Assembly: GCA_030704615.1 (NCBI GenBank)
Contig: CM060733.1
Location: 63,054,001-63,118,000 of the forward strand
Reading direction: 5' to 3'
Length of the DNA stretch: 64,000 nt
Source: Takakia lepidozioides
Lineage: Eukaryota; Plantae; Bryophyta
Shown: piece after piece, positions 62,800 to 64,000 of the stretch
Layout of the letters: each line of letters starts with the position of its first letter
Numbering within the stretch: the stretch's first letter is position 1
Translations under genes and position numbers: made by a program
The notes under the pieces: model-generated
What the model was told of the DNA's origin: nothing
The model's database searches: none
Seen by the model: the letters and a program-made list of their open reading frames with translations, nothing else

Positions 62800-63480
62800 A
62801 TCTTTACGTGCACTGATCACCCATCCTGTTGGATACGGAATCCTCCAGAAAATCATTTGTGTTATTAGGTAGGACACACTCTTCTCACTGCAGGACTTCG
62901 CTGCGGAGCGTACCGAGAGGTCCCGTCTTCAACATGGACTCCCGTGTTTGGGTAAACGTGTACTTCCATCCTGATTCTCTGAAAGCTAAAATACGTTCCA
63001 CGAAATCCAATTCCCAGTCGTCATCCTCCTCCCATGAGAAGCTCTTCGCCCCGCATACCGGTGGGTAACCCCGCAGCTTGGCCCACCCATCGGTGGGGGA
63101 AACTGAAAAGACGGCGGCCACAACAAAGGCGAACGACACCAGGATGGCCAACGCTCTTGCAATGCCCTGCATAGTGCAAGGTTGCAGGGATGTTCCTCAC
63201 CCCGGGATGGGGCGCATATTTCAGTTGTCAACAGCCGGGTCTGCTGCGCGCAGTGTCGTGTATACAATCACGGTTTCACAAAACCCAGCTTGCAACTGTG
63301 AGGACTTCCTTGTTATGGAATCTAAGAATGCAGCATACGTCCCCTGCAAACACCTTTATTACATTTTTCTGAACGCATGAGTTGCATATCCGCAGTGGAC
63401 GTCTTCATCCATGCTCCAACACTGAGTTTCAACGAGCTGCACAAGGCCCTACGGCAGGACACTGGTCGGACTGCTTGACA
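62800..63480 (+). pseudogene. Transposase C-terminal/SWIM remnant of F
   Basis: VYTITVSQNPACNCEDF...VPCKHLYYIF and VPHPGMGRIF, homologous to the D and E C-termini. Confidence 0.8.
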
Positions 63481-64000
63481 TTCCACATTCGGGAAGGAGA
63501 AAGTGGCAATTATATTACATTCATCTTCTTGCACCCTATTTTTTTTTGAGGAATTATACACTTGGTGGTGCCGCATCGCCATGGCTACATGTGAATTTTG
63601 GTGCCGCAATACATGAGTGGTTTTGGCCATGAATGGCATGCGCATGCTTTTTTTATTTTGGTTGTCTACAAATGGATCCGAGTAAAGCATACATTGTGTG
63701 GAGATTAACGGGCATTGAGGCCTATTTCAGCGCCGTTTATGGTCTATGTACTGCATAGTGCTTCCTTGTTACTGCTCTTCATTCAATTTGTAGTGATTTC
63801 GCAGCCCATCCTGGCGTTTTCGTCCACCTCTATGAGAAGACTTCAATTTGCTACAAATACATTGTTACTGTTCTGCAAATGTGATGTCTTTACAAGATTG
63901 CTAGTTCTGTGTCCCAGTGGGAAAGTGCGCTGCTGTCACCCCTAAGGTTCCTGTTGGTCTCAGTCTGCGCAAAAATTAAGGGTACCCCACAGAACCCGTA

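Larger units (their letters stand above)
58225..63700. mobile_element. MULE-family element F (divergent subfamily, internally deleted; right end not identified)
   Basis: Left end has eight CATGAGC/TATGAGC repeats (CpG-decayed CGTGAGC). Layout as in D: minus-strand accessory gene, palindrome array, plus-strand SWIM remnant. Confidence 0.7.

Overview
Intron-containing land-plant nuclear DNA, dominated by transposable elements. The PLS-type PPR debris is in the style of non-seed plants such as hornworts, but the taxon is an inference. There is one intact host gene, a 10-exon COG0523/CobW (ZNG1-like) zinc-chaperone GTPase at 13194-18252 (-). The rest consists of: six copies or derivatives (A-F) of one Mutator-like (MULE) family with CGTGAGC-rich ends, three of them nested, with 9-bp TSDs at the two inner insertions; a 6.9-kb CACTA element that splits a PPR pseudogene; RNase H/RLE non-LTR remnants; LTR pieces; MITEs; and many decayed PPR fragments. 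The main finding concerns the MULE family. Divergently from its DDE/SWIM transposase it carries a spliced accessory gene whose reconstructed product has an N-terminal ParB/Srx-like domain (DGNHRLLA) and a C-terminal beta-class N6A/N4C DNA amino-methyltransferase-like domain (LIILDIPD ... VLDLSMGTG ... RHLFGIEGD). Most family members also carry arrays of subfamily-specific palindromes that share a CG-N4-CG core. This looks like a phage-style ParB-MTase module plus parS-like sites inside a plant DNA transposon. All TE copies here are mutated. Domain calls come from motifs read by eye, not from database searches.
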